From Phallusia mammillata (taxonomy: Eukaryota): a DNA stretch of 64,000 nt. The DNA is taken from contig OZ281494.1 of assembly GCA_965637545.1 (NCBI GenBank), positions 14,880,001 to 14,944,000 on the forward strand, in the 5' to 3' direction. Shown here one piece after another: positions 1 to 20,665 of the stretch (the first letter of the stretch is position 1; each line of letters opens with the position of its first letter). The notes under the pieces were generated by a model. It did no database searches, had not been told where the DNA came from, and saw only the letters and a program-made list of their open reading frames with translations. The position numbers and the translations under genes were made by a program.

Positions 1-3000
1 TGACAGCATCACTTCGAGTCTACCAGGTTCCAAGCACCGCTGACGGCATGAAAGAACAGGTTGGCCGATTTGTAAAATAAATCACTAAGTTTATATTCAC
101 GCCGTTGTGCAAATACTTCCGGTTCAACGTTGGGTATTTTTTAGATTTACTGGCACGAAATATAGCAAAATTAGTTTTAAATCCTGCGTTACAATTAATC
201 AATAAAAATGCTTGAAAATTAAAGAGCTATGTTATTCGAATACAGTATTTAATTCCGAACATCTTTATGGGGTGTTGAAACTTGGTATTGTAACGAGTGT
301 TTCGTGGAGGCTGAAAACGATATTTATTGCGTGCGCAATACAAATGTATCAAGTGGTTTACATTCCTTTATGTAACGAATTCCCCCTATACAAAGGTGGA
401 GCTCTATCACCTTTCGTCGCCGCAAAAAGATGGCCAATCTCCAACCAAAAGTTTTCTTCACATGCAACTGATGGATACAGCCAATGAGGGTTGGATTACC
501 TTTGACGTCACATCTTCCGTCCGTCAATGGATTCAGTTTCCCAGTAAGTAACATCAATCGCATAGCTAACTGAAGTGAATTGGCTTTTCATTTGCGGGAG
601 CTCAATTCATTGCGATTTGTGAATATTGGTCGACTAAAGGATCGCATTTAGCGCCGCTATATCGGTCTACTATATACAAATTATGTGAAACTCGATCACA
701 CTGTGTGCTAAGCGCGACTGAAAGCTGGAAAATTGACTCCAAATACGGTTTACAGCAGGGTGAAGGGTACTGTCATCTCAGTGCATGAGAATCGATCATT
801 TTAAACGTCCCGCGGTACGAAGCAGCTGAAATTCACACGCTCCTCTCCGGACACTGGTGTGTTGTCAGCTTGGCTCGGGAAACCCATGCACTTGGCGCTT
901 TGTTTGTTAAGGATTGATGTGCCACGCTGATCAACAAGACGTTTTGTAAGCTTATCGGATTAGGTTGGGAACACACACGCGGTGAACACCTGTCAGCCAC
1001 CGCCCTATTGTTACATCCATTGCGACGTTTGTTACCGCTTGAAAACGCTGTGAGCTGTAAACTTTGGACAAAGGCGAGGTTTTTAACGAGTTCCTATGTC
1101 ATCGGCACAGGTGTTGGTTCCGCACCGTGCCAGGAAATGTATAGAGTTTAAAAATAAATCGCGCCTATTTGAATATCCTCACTTCTCAGGCACTTTGTGA
1201 TTGGTCGAGGTCAAAGTCCCACGGCCGTCCCCGCGCATTTTAAGTGCAGCTGGAAGTTTGGAATTGGGACAAACGCTACTCCCGATGTGCTCGAAGGGCA
1301 GACCGCGCTGCGACCGCCTCGACATATGCGATAGGCCACAGATAACAACACAGCCATTAGGCCAGGGTAGGAGAACGGCTTTGCTGCAAATTGCCATGTG
1401 CCGCTTGGAATACGCACCCCCGTGATCGATCGGCCGCACAGGGGACTGCGGTCGGATGGCAATAAACTTTATTTCAGGAATCATCCGTCTCCGGATAATT
1501 TCTGGACAAAGCGGAGATCGTAGATCACGATAAACCCACAAATACACTGCGGCCAAATTGCGTCCTTAGAAATCGACACGTGGACGCAAATTGCTTTTCA
1601 AGCTATCACTGGGCTATACTGCGGTTTTAAGCTTAACCTATTCAGGGGGGGCAACCGCTATGACGTCATTGCGGTCTCCTGCGCGACAACACGGTTAATG
1701 AAGTTTAGGTGGCAATCAAAGTCGCACAAAGGTGCAAACAATGTCTTTGGTTTTCCGGTGCTGCGCAGTAAACCGGCACTTCAAAAGGCCCCTCGCCGTG
1801 GGAGACCTTGGTTGCGGCGTCACACGATGGCTACTTTTTAACGGGCACGCGCGATTCTTCTGCGCCACGGGAAAAGGCTATGACGACGTGTTCGTCATGG
1901 CGGTCCCACAAGGCGCCTTTTGTGACGCGGCTTCTATTTTTGCGTCTGTCATCATCATTGCGCCCACGAGGAGGTTTAACATGACGGCGATCTGGTTTTT
2001 CTTTGCTCTGGAAGACCTCAGTAGATCGAGAATTGCTGATTTCTTACGAGTGTCAGCCTAATGAATTGTACAAACAGGGACGCAGGGCATTTTTGACAGT
2101 ATTGGAGCGGTGATTCGTCAAAATACTCTCGCCCTCGCGGTCACCGGGGTTTGACCCCTTCGTGTGCGCAATCCTAACTTTGCGTTCCAGAACCAGTCAC
2201 TCACGTCTCGTCAGGCGACGGTGCTGATTGAAGGGCGATAGCGCGCAAGAATTGCCCTACGTTAAAATTCTGTATTGGTTTCATTACGCAAGGATCGATA
2301 TCGGTTCCTACCCAAACTAACCACGCGAGGTCTTGACTAATTCGCCGCACAAAGGAAACTTGAGATGCTGGCCCAACAGGTGGTTCCCACAGAACGAATT
2401 AAAGCACCCTAATTGCATTGCACAGATCGTGCCCCCGCGATTGTTTGACTAGGGGAATGTTTCGCTGCAAAGTGCCCTGTTAACTCATAAGCCTGTCACT
2501 TAAACTTATAGCGGTCGGTAGACCTTTAAATGCGCCCGTAATAGAACACATCAGTCTATGCATGGGCCGACGCTTGCCTAATGTAAATACTCCAGGGAGG
2601 TGCGATGTCCCAAGATAACAATTGCGCACAAGTAAAAGGTCTGTGCCCGCCGAGCAATGTAGCTACAATAATTGATGCTTATCTAAGCTAACTGTCGCGG
2701 GATTTCAAAACTCACAGCGCGTTCCTTGAGAAATCTTTGCCCAATTGGGCGAACGAGGTTAGCAATCTGATCCTCCGGGTTTTGCGCCACTTTCCAAACG
2801 TCCTGCAGCAGGTGTCACGCATGCTTAAGTTCGACCGCGGCGATAACAAGTTCACCGGCGAGCGCTGCGGTTTGGCAAGGCTAACACCTGAGAGGTGGCG
2901 GGTGTGACAGTAGAACCCAAGCGCTACTCACGGTGTTGTGTTTGTCACCGCAGTTTATACTAAAGCTTCAGGGCATCTGCGATTGAAGTGGCTCGGGGCA

Positions 3001-5196
3001 TGTGAAAATTGCAACAAGATCACTTGCCACTCGAAATCAAACGACACACACTCGCTAGCTACACCCTTGTTGTTTTCTCTGCTTGCTACAAGGCAATGCA
3101 GCTGTCAGTCATTTGCCAACATGCAGTGCCCAAATTTTCCCCAGGCAGCGAAAAATCTCCCAGGCTATGCATAGAAACCAACCAATTCCCGGAATGGACA
3201 AGTTGGAAAAGTCCATTTTTCGTTTTTTACGAGCAATAATGGTTCTGACGTTCATAAAATTGGACATATCGAGTCGACCCTACCGGTTGTAAATATGTCA
3301 AACATTTCCTAAACAATTAGGTCAAGTTTGTTCAATCAAGTTCGTTTGTAAAGTTGCCAATATGTTTTGTGGTAATAATAAATTCAGATACTTCCAGCGG
3401 ACGTACAGGCGCCATCTTACAGCTGTATCCAGCCATCTCACCATGTTTGGGCATGCTTTGTTACTAGAGGGGTAATTGTTAGTTTCGTTTTCAGAACTCT
3501 TGATTGAAACAGTAGCACGACCTCATCATGAATACAAGGTAACCCTTGTATGGTTAGGTAGAATCAAATCGTTGCGTAATCACCTTTACCGGTTTACATT
3601 TGTCAGGCACCCCACGTTAGTTTTTGGTCCCGTGTAGCGCCTTGCCACGAACACGTCAATTCGCCCAGAGCATTCATTAGGTTAATTGGACCGCAATCCC
3701 GCAAAACCGCGCGGTAATCGTGTGATGACGTAGACAGGACATCCTAAATACACAGCGCCTTGCCGACTTAGCAGCGTAGCGTGATGGCGAGCAACCTCTT
3801 TTAACTGTTCTTCTTTATGTAATGTTTCCTGAGCATCAATAAGTGGAAATACAGAACCCGCGCGGCAACTGTATCCCAACAAATAGATAATCGACCGCAA
3901 AATGTCGGTTATCGCATTGTGTATTCAGTTTACCGCCACTCATAACATCCACCTATTTGCACTCAGACTTGAATCAAGGCCTCGAATTGACGGTTCCTTG
4001 TTCGAATGAAGAACCGCCTTCAACCATGAAGCGAGCTGCCAACCGTGGGATCACCCGCAAATTGGATGTGACATTTGCAGGTAAGACAAGAACGCCCAGC
4101 TACCGGCCATTACTCGCCTTTCTGTGGGCTAACTCTCCGTGTGACACACGTTCCACTTAACCCAGAAACGATGTTTACTGATGTCTTGCCGTGTGATAAC
4201 AGTCCACAGCTTGTGTTACGCGCTAAACGACCACCCATGGGCGGCAAATGACTCAGAAAAGAAAGTAATTCAAATCTCAGTTCTCTGCCCTGGCTGGCTG
4301 GTCTCAGACCTTTCTGTGTACGTGCGACCTACAGCGTAGATTAACTGACATTCAGAAAACTGCATTGGGAGGCCCTTCAGTGGGGGGTTGAAATTAGGTC
4401 AAATAACATCAAACAAGGACATTTCATATTTCTTATTTCCGCCTAAAAATGCCAACGAGCCACAAATATATTTACAAAGGTTGAAAAACTGACGTTTCCA
4501 GTGACGTGGATCAATTGTGATAAAATGTCAGGTCCTTTGTGGGAGCTTTGAATTATAGAAAGCATGTTTGAAATGCTTTTAACCATGTATGTTAGTTAAA
4601 TTACTGGTCCAAGTATGTTTTACGGTTTTAAAGTAGTTCACGTAACATTTGAATTGGCACCTTCTCATTGGATGTAAATAAATGTTATTTCTCACTTAGG
4701 CTCAACAAAAATTTCCAAATCCCGCGGGGACAGTGATGCTGGCGCCACGGCGGACCGAGAAATGGGAAAGGAGTTTAATCCCCACCTGGTTATTATGGTC
4801 CGACATCCCACACTAGAGGCATCACAGAGTTCAAACAGGAGACGAAAGAGAGCGTTGGACGCAGATTTCTGCTTCCGTCGCAAGGCCTCCGACACCAATT
4901 GCTGTCTCCGTGAATTGTACATCGATTTTCGCAAGGACCTCGGATGGAACTGGGTCCACGCTCCGACTGGCTACAAAGCAAACTTCTGTGGTGGTGCATG
5001 CCCGTTTATGTGGAGCAGCGACACGCAATACGCCACAATACTGACTCTCTACAAGTCGATGAACCCCCAGGCCTCATCGGCGCCTTGCTGTACAGCGAAA
5101 GATCTAGATCCCCTGACGATCATGTACTACAAGAACGGCTCGTACAAGTTTATTAACATGTCCGATATGGTCTTACTCTCTTGCAAATGCAGCTGA
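1..5196 (+). CDS. TGFB: TGF-beta (sensu stricto) precursor, 5'-truncated by the window edge
   Basis: Phase-consistent GT-AG exons <1-59, 396-543, 3967-4080, 4700-5196. Prodomain motifs TASLRVYQ..EQ/VELYH, WITFDVTSSVRQW, NQGLELTVPC, RGD, NPHLVIM and furin site RRRKR. The mature domain ALDADFCF..NCCLRELYIDFRKDLGWNWVH..CGGACP..PCC..SCKCS* has all nine TGF-beta cysteines. Confidence 0.97.
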
Positions 5197-5631
5197 ATGT
5201 TGTGCTCTTTGTTTGTTACTTAAGGTTAGGGGTACCCTAAGCCTTGCCACCAAAGATTCCAAGCAGCTAAACGTTCGATGTTACAACGAGAAGTCGATGT
5301 GTTCTTTTTGTATTTATGTGAAATGTCGCCTGTGTCTGTCTTTTATTTATATACCTTGCCTCCGCAACGTATGTAGCCTCTTCTTTAGTACTTTCTCGGT
5401 GTTTTATTTTGATGCTGTGGGACTGCTTTGTGTTCACACCACGAACCAATCCCTCAGAATATTTGTTGCTGAGTGTTTTAGCATGACTGTTTGTGTGCTT
5501 GGCCCATTTGGGCGGTATTAGACTGCCAACTGTGACTGAGCCTCTCTCTGCCCCAAATCTTGTGTCATTGTGCCAAAAGTGGGTTTTTACGCAAGTTTTG
5601 TAGATAGCCTGAACGCTAACATATATTTCGG

Positions 5632-5637
5632 AATAAA
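5632..5637 (+). terminator. AATAAA poly(A) signal, probable TGF-beta 3' end
   Basis: AATAAA about 435 nt after the stop, at the end of a TG-rich 3' UTR. Confidence 0.5.
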
Positions 5638-7282
5638 ATGAAGAATACGTATTAATACATTGCTGGTAATTTAGAATTACTAACTTTACAAAACTCTTTT
5701 GAAAACCCACGTTAGGTGCACTTAACTTGGTCCAATGTAGTTGGAATGTTTTTTTCTTTCGCATCTGCTGGAACGGAAGCATGAAAAGAACTTCCAACGT
5801 ATATTCACTAGTATGTCAGTAGTGGTTTGGTGATTGCTAAATTGCCTCAGTGCAGTTATAAATGTTTGTTTTGTTCGTTTAGCGCCGATCCGCTGGCGCA
5901 CTGTCTATAATTTATTAGTTTTGTATTGCGTTGTGACAAGTTTTTTCCTTCTCTGACCAGTTTTTCGCGTTCTGGCCTCCAATGAACAAAAAATGAAACC
6001 ATCAAATACGTTTTTCATGTGATTAGATTTCGAAATCATGTTTGTGCCGACTTCAGATGACGTAATCGTCCACAGGACAATACGTCACAAAAGCTTACCA
6101 AGCGTCAGAGTTGACGCAGCAGAAAGAGGAGGTTGTTTTTCCACTTTGCATTCGCGTGTGCACCGCGTTCTTGAATTGCACCGGAATAGCAGGCACTTTA
6201 CATCCGGCCTACAGCAGGACGCACAGCAACGACACGTGCTGAAGTATTGCGCAAGATGTTGAACGATAAATTGATTTGTACGACCTGGCTCGAGCTAGGG
6301 CGTGCACTGTCAGGAGTATTTTATTACCTCCGATAATTAATAATTGTTGCCCGGACACTATACCATCTGCGCCCCACTGCGAAATAAACAACTTAAAGGC
6401 TGTGCCCACAGAAACATCAGTTTGCGTGCCTGTCGGCCATTAGGCTTTTCAAACCTTTATTGACGATAACTAGGAATGGAAAGTATTTTCCATGTAACGA
6501 GATCAGTCGATAAATCTTGGAATATATATTTCGCCTAATGGCATCATCAGTTTATTGACGATATAAAAGCAATTTCAGCCCAACACTTTCGAAACAAAAC
6601 GGTAATAAGGCAAAAGTATACTAGTGTATTAAACAAGCTACTTCACTGCGCAGCTGTTCTGACCAAGACTTGCTTTCACGAGGGAAAATGAATAACTGCG
6701 AGTTTGTAGAAGTTTGCATTGCTTGAGAATGCAACATTGACGCCCATAGGGCAATTAATCGGACAAATAATGCCTTTAAATTTCTACATACGTCATTACT
6801 TTCCCTATACTGTTCGGGACTAAGAAGAAGAAACATAATAGCCTACCTCTAAGCAACTGTTTTTTTTACCTTGGTTTGTTTTTTATCGTGTTAACTCAGC
6901 ATGTTTCCGAAAACAGATGTTAACCTGAGCTAGGTCGAACACCACAAATGTTTTGGTCAACGTTTTCTGCAATGTGTTTTCGGCCTGGGTGCAAAGTCTC
7001 GAAATTAGCTTTATAAAATCACGTTTCAAAAATTGTACAAAATAAAACGTTTTTTAGAACTCTAATGTATTTTAAAATCTAAATCACTGCAGTGAAGGTA
7101 GGAAGCGCAACAGCGTCATCGTTGGCCAACTGAACAGGGATTTTCCCTAAAGCAATCACAAGAAGAAAAATTGAAAACTGGGGTTGCGCCGCTTCGTGGA
7201 TGGTTGCGTACTTGCATTTGGTTTGGTCTTTGGTGCATGTTCAGCGTTATTTAGTTGAGTAGTACGTTCTTGTCACTTAAAA

Positions 7283-9791
7283 ATGCTTCGACTATGTTGC
7301 ATGACTGTTTTGGTGTGTTGTATTTTGGCACAAGATAATACGAAAGAAAATGTAAACAAGGCTTTTTCCGAAAACCAGTTTCGGTCTTCCAAAGTCAAAC
7401 AAGTCTGGGAAAAAGCAAATCGGGTTTGTTTTGCAGTTTGTTAGTGAACATTAACAGAACAATGGCTACACAGTTTTGAAGTTAAATAATCCAACAAAAC
7501 ACATTAAAATTAGAAAATGATTTACTTATTTGCAAATTTGCAAGCTGTTTTTTTTTCTGCGATCTGGTCACTGGATTAAGGGTCAGTTTTTGAGTGATGA
7601 CTATTTGATCTTATACTTTTTATGCAGATGGAGATACCATCAGTTCTATTGAGTGATCTGTTTGTTGAACTGAAGGAACATGACCGATCACTGATGGAAC
7701 TGAAACAAAGCAAATTGGATGGCAATGAAAACTATGATTCTTTAAACAGAGATCTTGATCGCTCTTTCAGAAGTAAGTTTGAAGTGTACAAATTGTATTG
7801 GAAAGACAGTGTCATATTTTTTAGTATTGGTGCAGCATGTGGGCCAAAACTTTTCAATTTAATGCTAATACTTTTTTGTAAACAGTTGTAGTCTTTTTTT
7901 GTTTTTACTGAAATTACTACTGTTATTCTTCTAAAAAATATTATCTTTGCTATTAAACATGTGAAAAACTTTGAAATAGCTTTATCAACCAAAAATGTTG
8001 GCATATTCAGTGGTAAGGAATACTTGATTGACACTCCATTAAAGAATTTCAAATGTATAATTTGCTTATATTTTTGTAGAACTGATGATGAAATATGGGA
8101 TTGTCCGTGATGAAGAACAGACAAACATTATGGGTGGAAAAGAACCTCAATTAAAGCAGAAACCAGTGTTTCAGGTAAATTTGCAGGAAAAGTTGCTAAA
8201 CAACCATTATGTAATGATCACATCATTTTCAACTGTTTAATCGAATCAAAAGTGTACTATTGTTGCACCTTTCTAATCTCGTTTTGAGAAGAAAAAAAAT
8301 CTTTTTATGTAGCCTTAATTTTGTGCAATAGGCTGTTAACAGACATGTTTTTCTTTTGATGTTCTCCTTTTTGACATTGACAAACTGCAAATTAAATATT
8401 TTTTGGTGTGTTTTACATTTTGCAGGATGTTCAGTTAAATAAGTTATGGGTCCAAACCACCAAGGGCAAAGACCTTACAAAAAGTGAACTGGAAAAACTT
8501 CACCTTGAGTTTAAAAGTCATGAAGAGAAGTTATTTGAATATCAACGTTTAGAAGATTCTGTGGGCAAAATTAAAGGTAGAAATGTGAACAATTGATTTA
8601 TTCATCTTTAATTTCCCTGAAAACGTAGAACAGGTACCTAACATTTTCATTCTTGCAGCAATTTCTGAAAATTCTGTTGAAAAGTTTGAGCATGCAGATG
8701 ATTTGAGGGAAAAAGAGGCTTCACTTAAACATCTTGAGGAAGAAATAAGAAGCAGCTATGATCGGATAATGCTTGTGTCTCAAAAAACAAAAGGTTTGCT
8801 GACCATTTCAATAGACAATTCAAAACTTAAAAACACAGCATGGTACTGTATCATTTGTGGATCATGTGCAAAGCCTAATTTTTATATTTCTAATTTTTTA
8901 CATGTTACAAACTCAGTACATGTAATTTTATGCAATAGTAAGTGACTTGCTTACTATACACCAGTAGTACGCATTGTTTACTTAAGCTGTTAAAACTTAT
9001 TTGCTTTTTGTTCATTCACCGGTAGCTACATAGCGCTGTGCTAGCTTGTCAATTGTACCTGATGTGTGCAGAGGGGGATACTGTGCCGTTTTCTGACCCC
9101 AGAGCTATGGAGCTGTGGAAATTGGCCAATGATGGCAACCATACTGAGTCAGAGCTACTATCTATTAAAGAGGAGTTGCAACAGTTTGAAACCCGGGCTG
9201 ACAAGCACAGGCACTTTAAGTAAAAAGTTTATGCACTAACTTGTTCCCAAATCCAGATTACACACAATGATTTTGTCCTAAATTTTATACTTAATCATAG
9301 TGGATAATCATTGTTATTCTAGTACAAAAAACTAGGTTGTCAAAACTTTTAAGTGTCTTTGAATTTGGGTACGTATATCACAGGTTTCAAAATTAGCTTT
9401 ACTAAACAAATTGCAAATTTGATGATAAAATGACAATGCTAATTTGATTTAAAACGTTTATGGCTATTTGTGTATTGAAATTTTTGCAGGGATGAATTAA
9501 GAAACTCTGCAGCCAAGATTGATCACCATGGTGGGAAAAGAGCAGCTCCTACAGAAAAACTAAACAGACATCAAAAGCTGCAAGAAAAAGTACAGGATTT
9601 AGCATATAAGGTACATTTTATCGTGAACATGTTAAATGACTAACACTTTTTGCAATAACTTTAGTGGCGTTGCAGAGACTCTGCTTATGCTTTGTCACAC
9701 TTAATATGCACTATATATTTAGGTCAAAAAGATGTTTAAGGGACTACAAGAGCGTTTTGCTTCACGAGTGGTTTCACACAATGAACTGTGA
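7283..9791 (+). CDS. LRPAP1: Alpha-2-macroglobulin receptor-associated protein (RAP), ER chaperone of LDLR-family receptors
   Basis: Eight phase-consistent exons: 7283-7423, 7628-7772, 8080-8174, 8426-8576, 8659-8793, 9072-9219, 9490-9610, 9723-9791. Signal peptide MLRLCCMTVLVCCILA. RAP motifs QFRSSKVKQVWEKANR, LNKLW..ELEKLHLEFKSHEEK, FSDPRAMELWKLA..KEELQQFE. C-terminal HNEL* ER-retention signal. Confidence 0.95.
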
Positions 9792-9966
9792 AGTCACTAA
9801 ACTGACATTCAACTGCCAGTGTAAAAATATCTCTTTTTGTTTTGTGCTGTGCATTTATTGCTCAAAAGTCCATGTCGCATGATAAAAACTCTCATAAATT
9901 TATGCGAACACATTCTAGTATGTATCAATTTTATCAATTAGGCTAAGGTTGATCTCAAATGCATTA

Positions 9967-10202
9967 TATCATTGCTATTGTTGGTTAGGATCAATCTCAA
10001 TTTACATTCTTTCAGATTAGTTTCATGTCCACAACTGTTATATAATGAAAACATATCAAATACAAAATAAATGTTACATAATGAATATGTAAACATACAA
10101 CTGTTACATTCAAAAATATTATATCATTGCCATGGTTGGTAGGATCATTCTCATATTTTCAATCATTATCTTTTCAGAACAGTTTTTCATTCACAACTGT
10201 TA
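9967..10202. repeat. Degenerate direct duplication (~75-83 bp unit, ~153 bp spacing) in the LRPAP1 3' region
   Basis: tatatcattgc..ttggt(t)aggatca(a/t)tctca...cacaactgtta occurs at ~9967-10040 and ~10120-10202. Confidence 0.7.
10066..10071 (+). terminator. AATAAA poly(A) signal, probable LRPAP1 3' end
   Basis: AATAAA about 275 nt after the LRPAP1 stop codon. Confidence 0.45.
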
Positions 10203-10526
10203 AACACTTTTATATTTTTTCAAGCAAATCGGTACACTGTTTCTGTTTTTACACATTTTACATATCTTCTAAAGTCGGTTACAGTATTTATGGGTCCCCT
10301 TCCCTGAAGGGGACACATTTTGATTTTACTCGATTTCTTTTTTTTTTTTTTCTTTTTTTTTCTTTTTTTTTTTTTTCTTCCCTGAAGTTTGTCCACCCCA
10401 TTTTGCCATGAAATCTTTGGTGAATTTAGATGAAACTTTCACAGATGGTAGATATGGTTGTGCAGATGTGCCATCTGCTTCGTTTGTCATGACAACCCCA
10501 GTATTTACCCCGCTAGCCCCCAAAAT

Positions 10527-10622
10527 GTAAAATGTTGTTAGTGCGCACCACAAACGTTAGTTTTCTGCTAGCCATCAAAGTGTAAAATGTTGTTGGTGCG
10601 CACCACAAATGTTAGTTTTCTG
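10527..10622. repeat. 55-bp tandem duplication inside the HINE-like element
   Basis: gtaaaatgttgtt(a/g)gtgcgcaccacaaa(c/t)gttagttttctg at 10527 and 10582. Confidence 0.85.
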
Positions 10623-10857
10623 AGGTGTTATAAAGGCAACCAGACATTTGTTACCAGTGTTTGTGGGTTTGTTCGAGGATGTTTTGCAGTTGACACTTAA
10701 CAGCCTTATGACGTCAGAAGCATTGACGAATGTTGCTAATAACACCTCTAGTGGTCAAAATGTTAAACATTGTCAGAATTGGATAAAATTTTACATGACT
10801 GTTGATTGGGTCATTGTGGTTTCATATTTTATACTTTTGGGTTTTAAACCCCATCAG

Positions 10858-11390
10858 TTACCCCAGTAACCCCTAAAATGGGTGAGTGTTTTAAACGCTG
10901 TCGGAATTAGATGAAATTTTGACAGCTTGTATAATTTGTCATTTTTAGGTTTCAATTGTTGTGTTTAACCCTGTAGCCCCAATATTTACCCCTCTAGCCC
11001 CCTAAAAGGGTGAAATTGTTAAACATTGTCCGAATTGGATGAAATTTGGACAGCTTATAGAGTGTGCTACTTATAGTTGTTGTTTGTTATGTTCAACTTT
11101 GTCGCCCCAACATTTACCCCACTAGCCCCCCAAAATGGGTCAATTTTTTAACAATGTCAGAATTAAATGAAATTTGGACAGCTTGTAGAGTGTGCATTTA
11201 TAGGTGTATAATGTTGTGTTTTACCCTGTTGCCCCAGCATTTACCCCACTAGCCCCCCAAAATGGGTCAATTTTTCAAACTATGTCTGAATTAAATGAAA
11301 TTTGGAGAGCTTGTACAGTGCAATATTTATAGGTGTTAATTGTTGGGTTCAACCCTGTAGCTCTATCATTTACTCCACTAGCCCCCAACA
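10858..11390. repeat. ~128-bp tandem array (about 4 full copies plus partial ones) inside the HINE-like element
   Basis: The unit ttacccc(a/t)ctagccccccaaaatgggt..gaatt(a/g)(a/g)atgaaatttggacagcttgta.. recurs at ~10858, ~10986, ~11113, ~11241 and partially at ~11370, with related partial units near 10505 and 10740. Confidence 0.85.
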
Positions 11391-12159
11391 GTCACATGCA
11401 ATTCGCGCTGATTTGTGTTATAGGAGCTGATTGTTGTGTTTAGCCTATTTTCTCACTGTTTAACACTTTTTTCTCAGATAGACCATAAAATAGAAAAACC
11501 TTCAAAAATGTATAAATGGACTGAATTTGAATAGTTTGTTCTCCATATAGCATATTTATTCAGGCACAGTACCGATCACTGTGTTTTACCTTACAACACC
11601 CGACTTTCTCATGGTTATCTCTTGAAATGTATTATTTACAACTTTGCATGTGTGGGGGACCCATGAGTTTTTGCTTGCAGAAACAGCCAAGGTTATAAAA
11701 GACAATGGATGATATGGGACCTAATATAAAATTAGTGTAGAAAATATGTGTTATAGTGTATATGCAAGGGCAATATGTGCTAAGCCACCCTTCTAGTTGA
11801 TTTTAGTGTTTTGTTATGCTTCTACACAGTTGGACAATTAAATTTAGATTGTTTTTCTTTTAAATAGAAGCCCGTTTTCACCTGTTACTAAACTGTTATT
11901 TGGATGTCGATTTTTCACTTTAAAAAAATGTTCAAATTTTTGTGCATTTCTGATGTGATTGTGCATTAGGTGTCTTCATTTTATTTGTTTTGTTACCTTA
12001 TCTGTTTGCAAATTCTCCATGGTTTTGTTGCAACTGTCCCAATTTTCCGTACACATCGATTTATTCATGAAAGATTTTGCAATTCCTTATTTTCCCTGCA
12101 GACTAACATAGGGTATAATAATGCTGACAAACAGGTGATAAAAATACATTTCTGTCAAA

Positions 12160-20291
<8,132 letters not shown>

Positions 20292-20391
20292 TAAGCTGCC
20301 TTATCACATGGTGTGATGAGAGCCACCAGTTGCTCGTGTTTTTAACTGTGATTTTAATTGTACGGGCAAATGTTATACCGAAGCGCTGTGC

Positions 20392-20397
20392 AATAAA
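20392..20397 (+). terminator. AATAAA poly(A) signal of PEX6
   Basis: AATAAA 100 nt after the PEX6 stop. Confidence 0.6.
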
Positions 20398-20569
20398 AGA
20401 TGATCTGCTTTTCTGCGAGGAAAATGGCTGGATTTTTTTGCTGTTGTATAAAACATAAATTTTACAAAAAAGACATAGATAGCCTAGTTATCCGAAGCGT
20501 GTATTGTTTGTTTGTTCCTGTTTATCCTCGGTGGGCGGGCAAGAGAGACAAAAAGTATTTTCTAGTCTA

Positions 20570-20665
20570 TGGTTGGAGCAACGCGGCGTAAATTTCCTGT
20601 TTAGAGAGCTGAAATCAAGGCGGCTGCGCAAGCCACTCGGCCATTTGGGCCATAAATAGGTGAGT
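20570..20665 (+). promoter_or_regulatory. Probable promoter / non-coding first exon of the TRIM-NHL gene
   Basis: Local CpG cluster ending in a strong donor ATAG|GTGAGT at 20660. Candidate acceptors at 20866 and 21168 lie upstream of the ATG at 21172. Confidence 0.4.

Larger units (their letters stand above)
10287..11694. mobile_element. Non-autonomous Helentron-associated (HINE/DINE-1/pearl-like) element with internal tandem repeats
   Basis: Subterminal inverted repeats ATGGGTCCCC (10290-10299) and GGGGACCCAT (11655-11664). 5' hairpin GTCCCCTT/AAGGGGAC (10294-10314). T-rich microsatellite 10334-10380. Internal ~128-bp tandem array. 3' stem-loop TTTTTGCTTGCAGAAA (11668-11683) followed by ..GGTT. 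Confidence 0.7.

Noticed and set aside
5267-5797. 176-aa minus-strand ORF
   Set aside because: It is antisense to the TG-rich TGF-beta 3' UTR, starts at a non-ATG codon and has no recognisable domain.
6099-6870. Minus-strand exon-like pieces between TGF-beta and LRPAP1: a Cys-rich frame ending at a GTAAGC donor, an ORF ending in CaaX-like CVLL*, and duplicated AATAAA-containing 13-mers at ~6456 and ~6551
   Set aside because: I could not join them to an ATG in consistent phase with plausible intron lengths, and saw no family similarity. A non-coding transcript is not excluded.
12102-12134. Alternative PEX6 first exon (MLTNR, phase 2)
   Set aside because: It is phase-compatible, but the 12160-12266 exon gives the HPLHLIV N-terminal motif expected for PEX6, so that exon is preferred.
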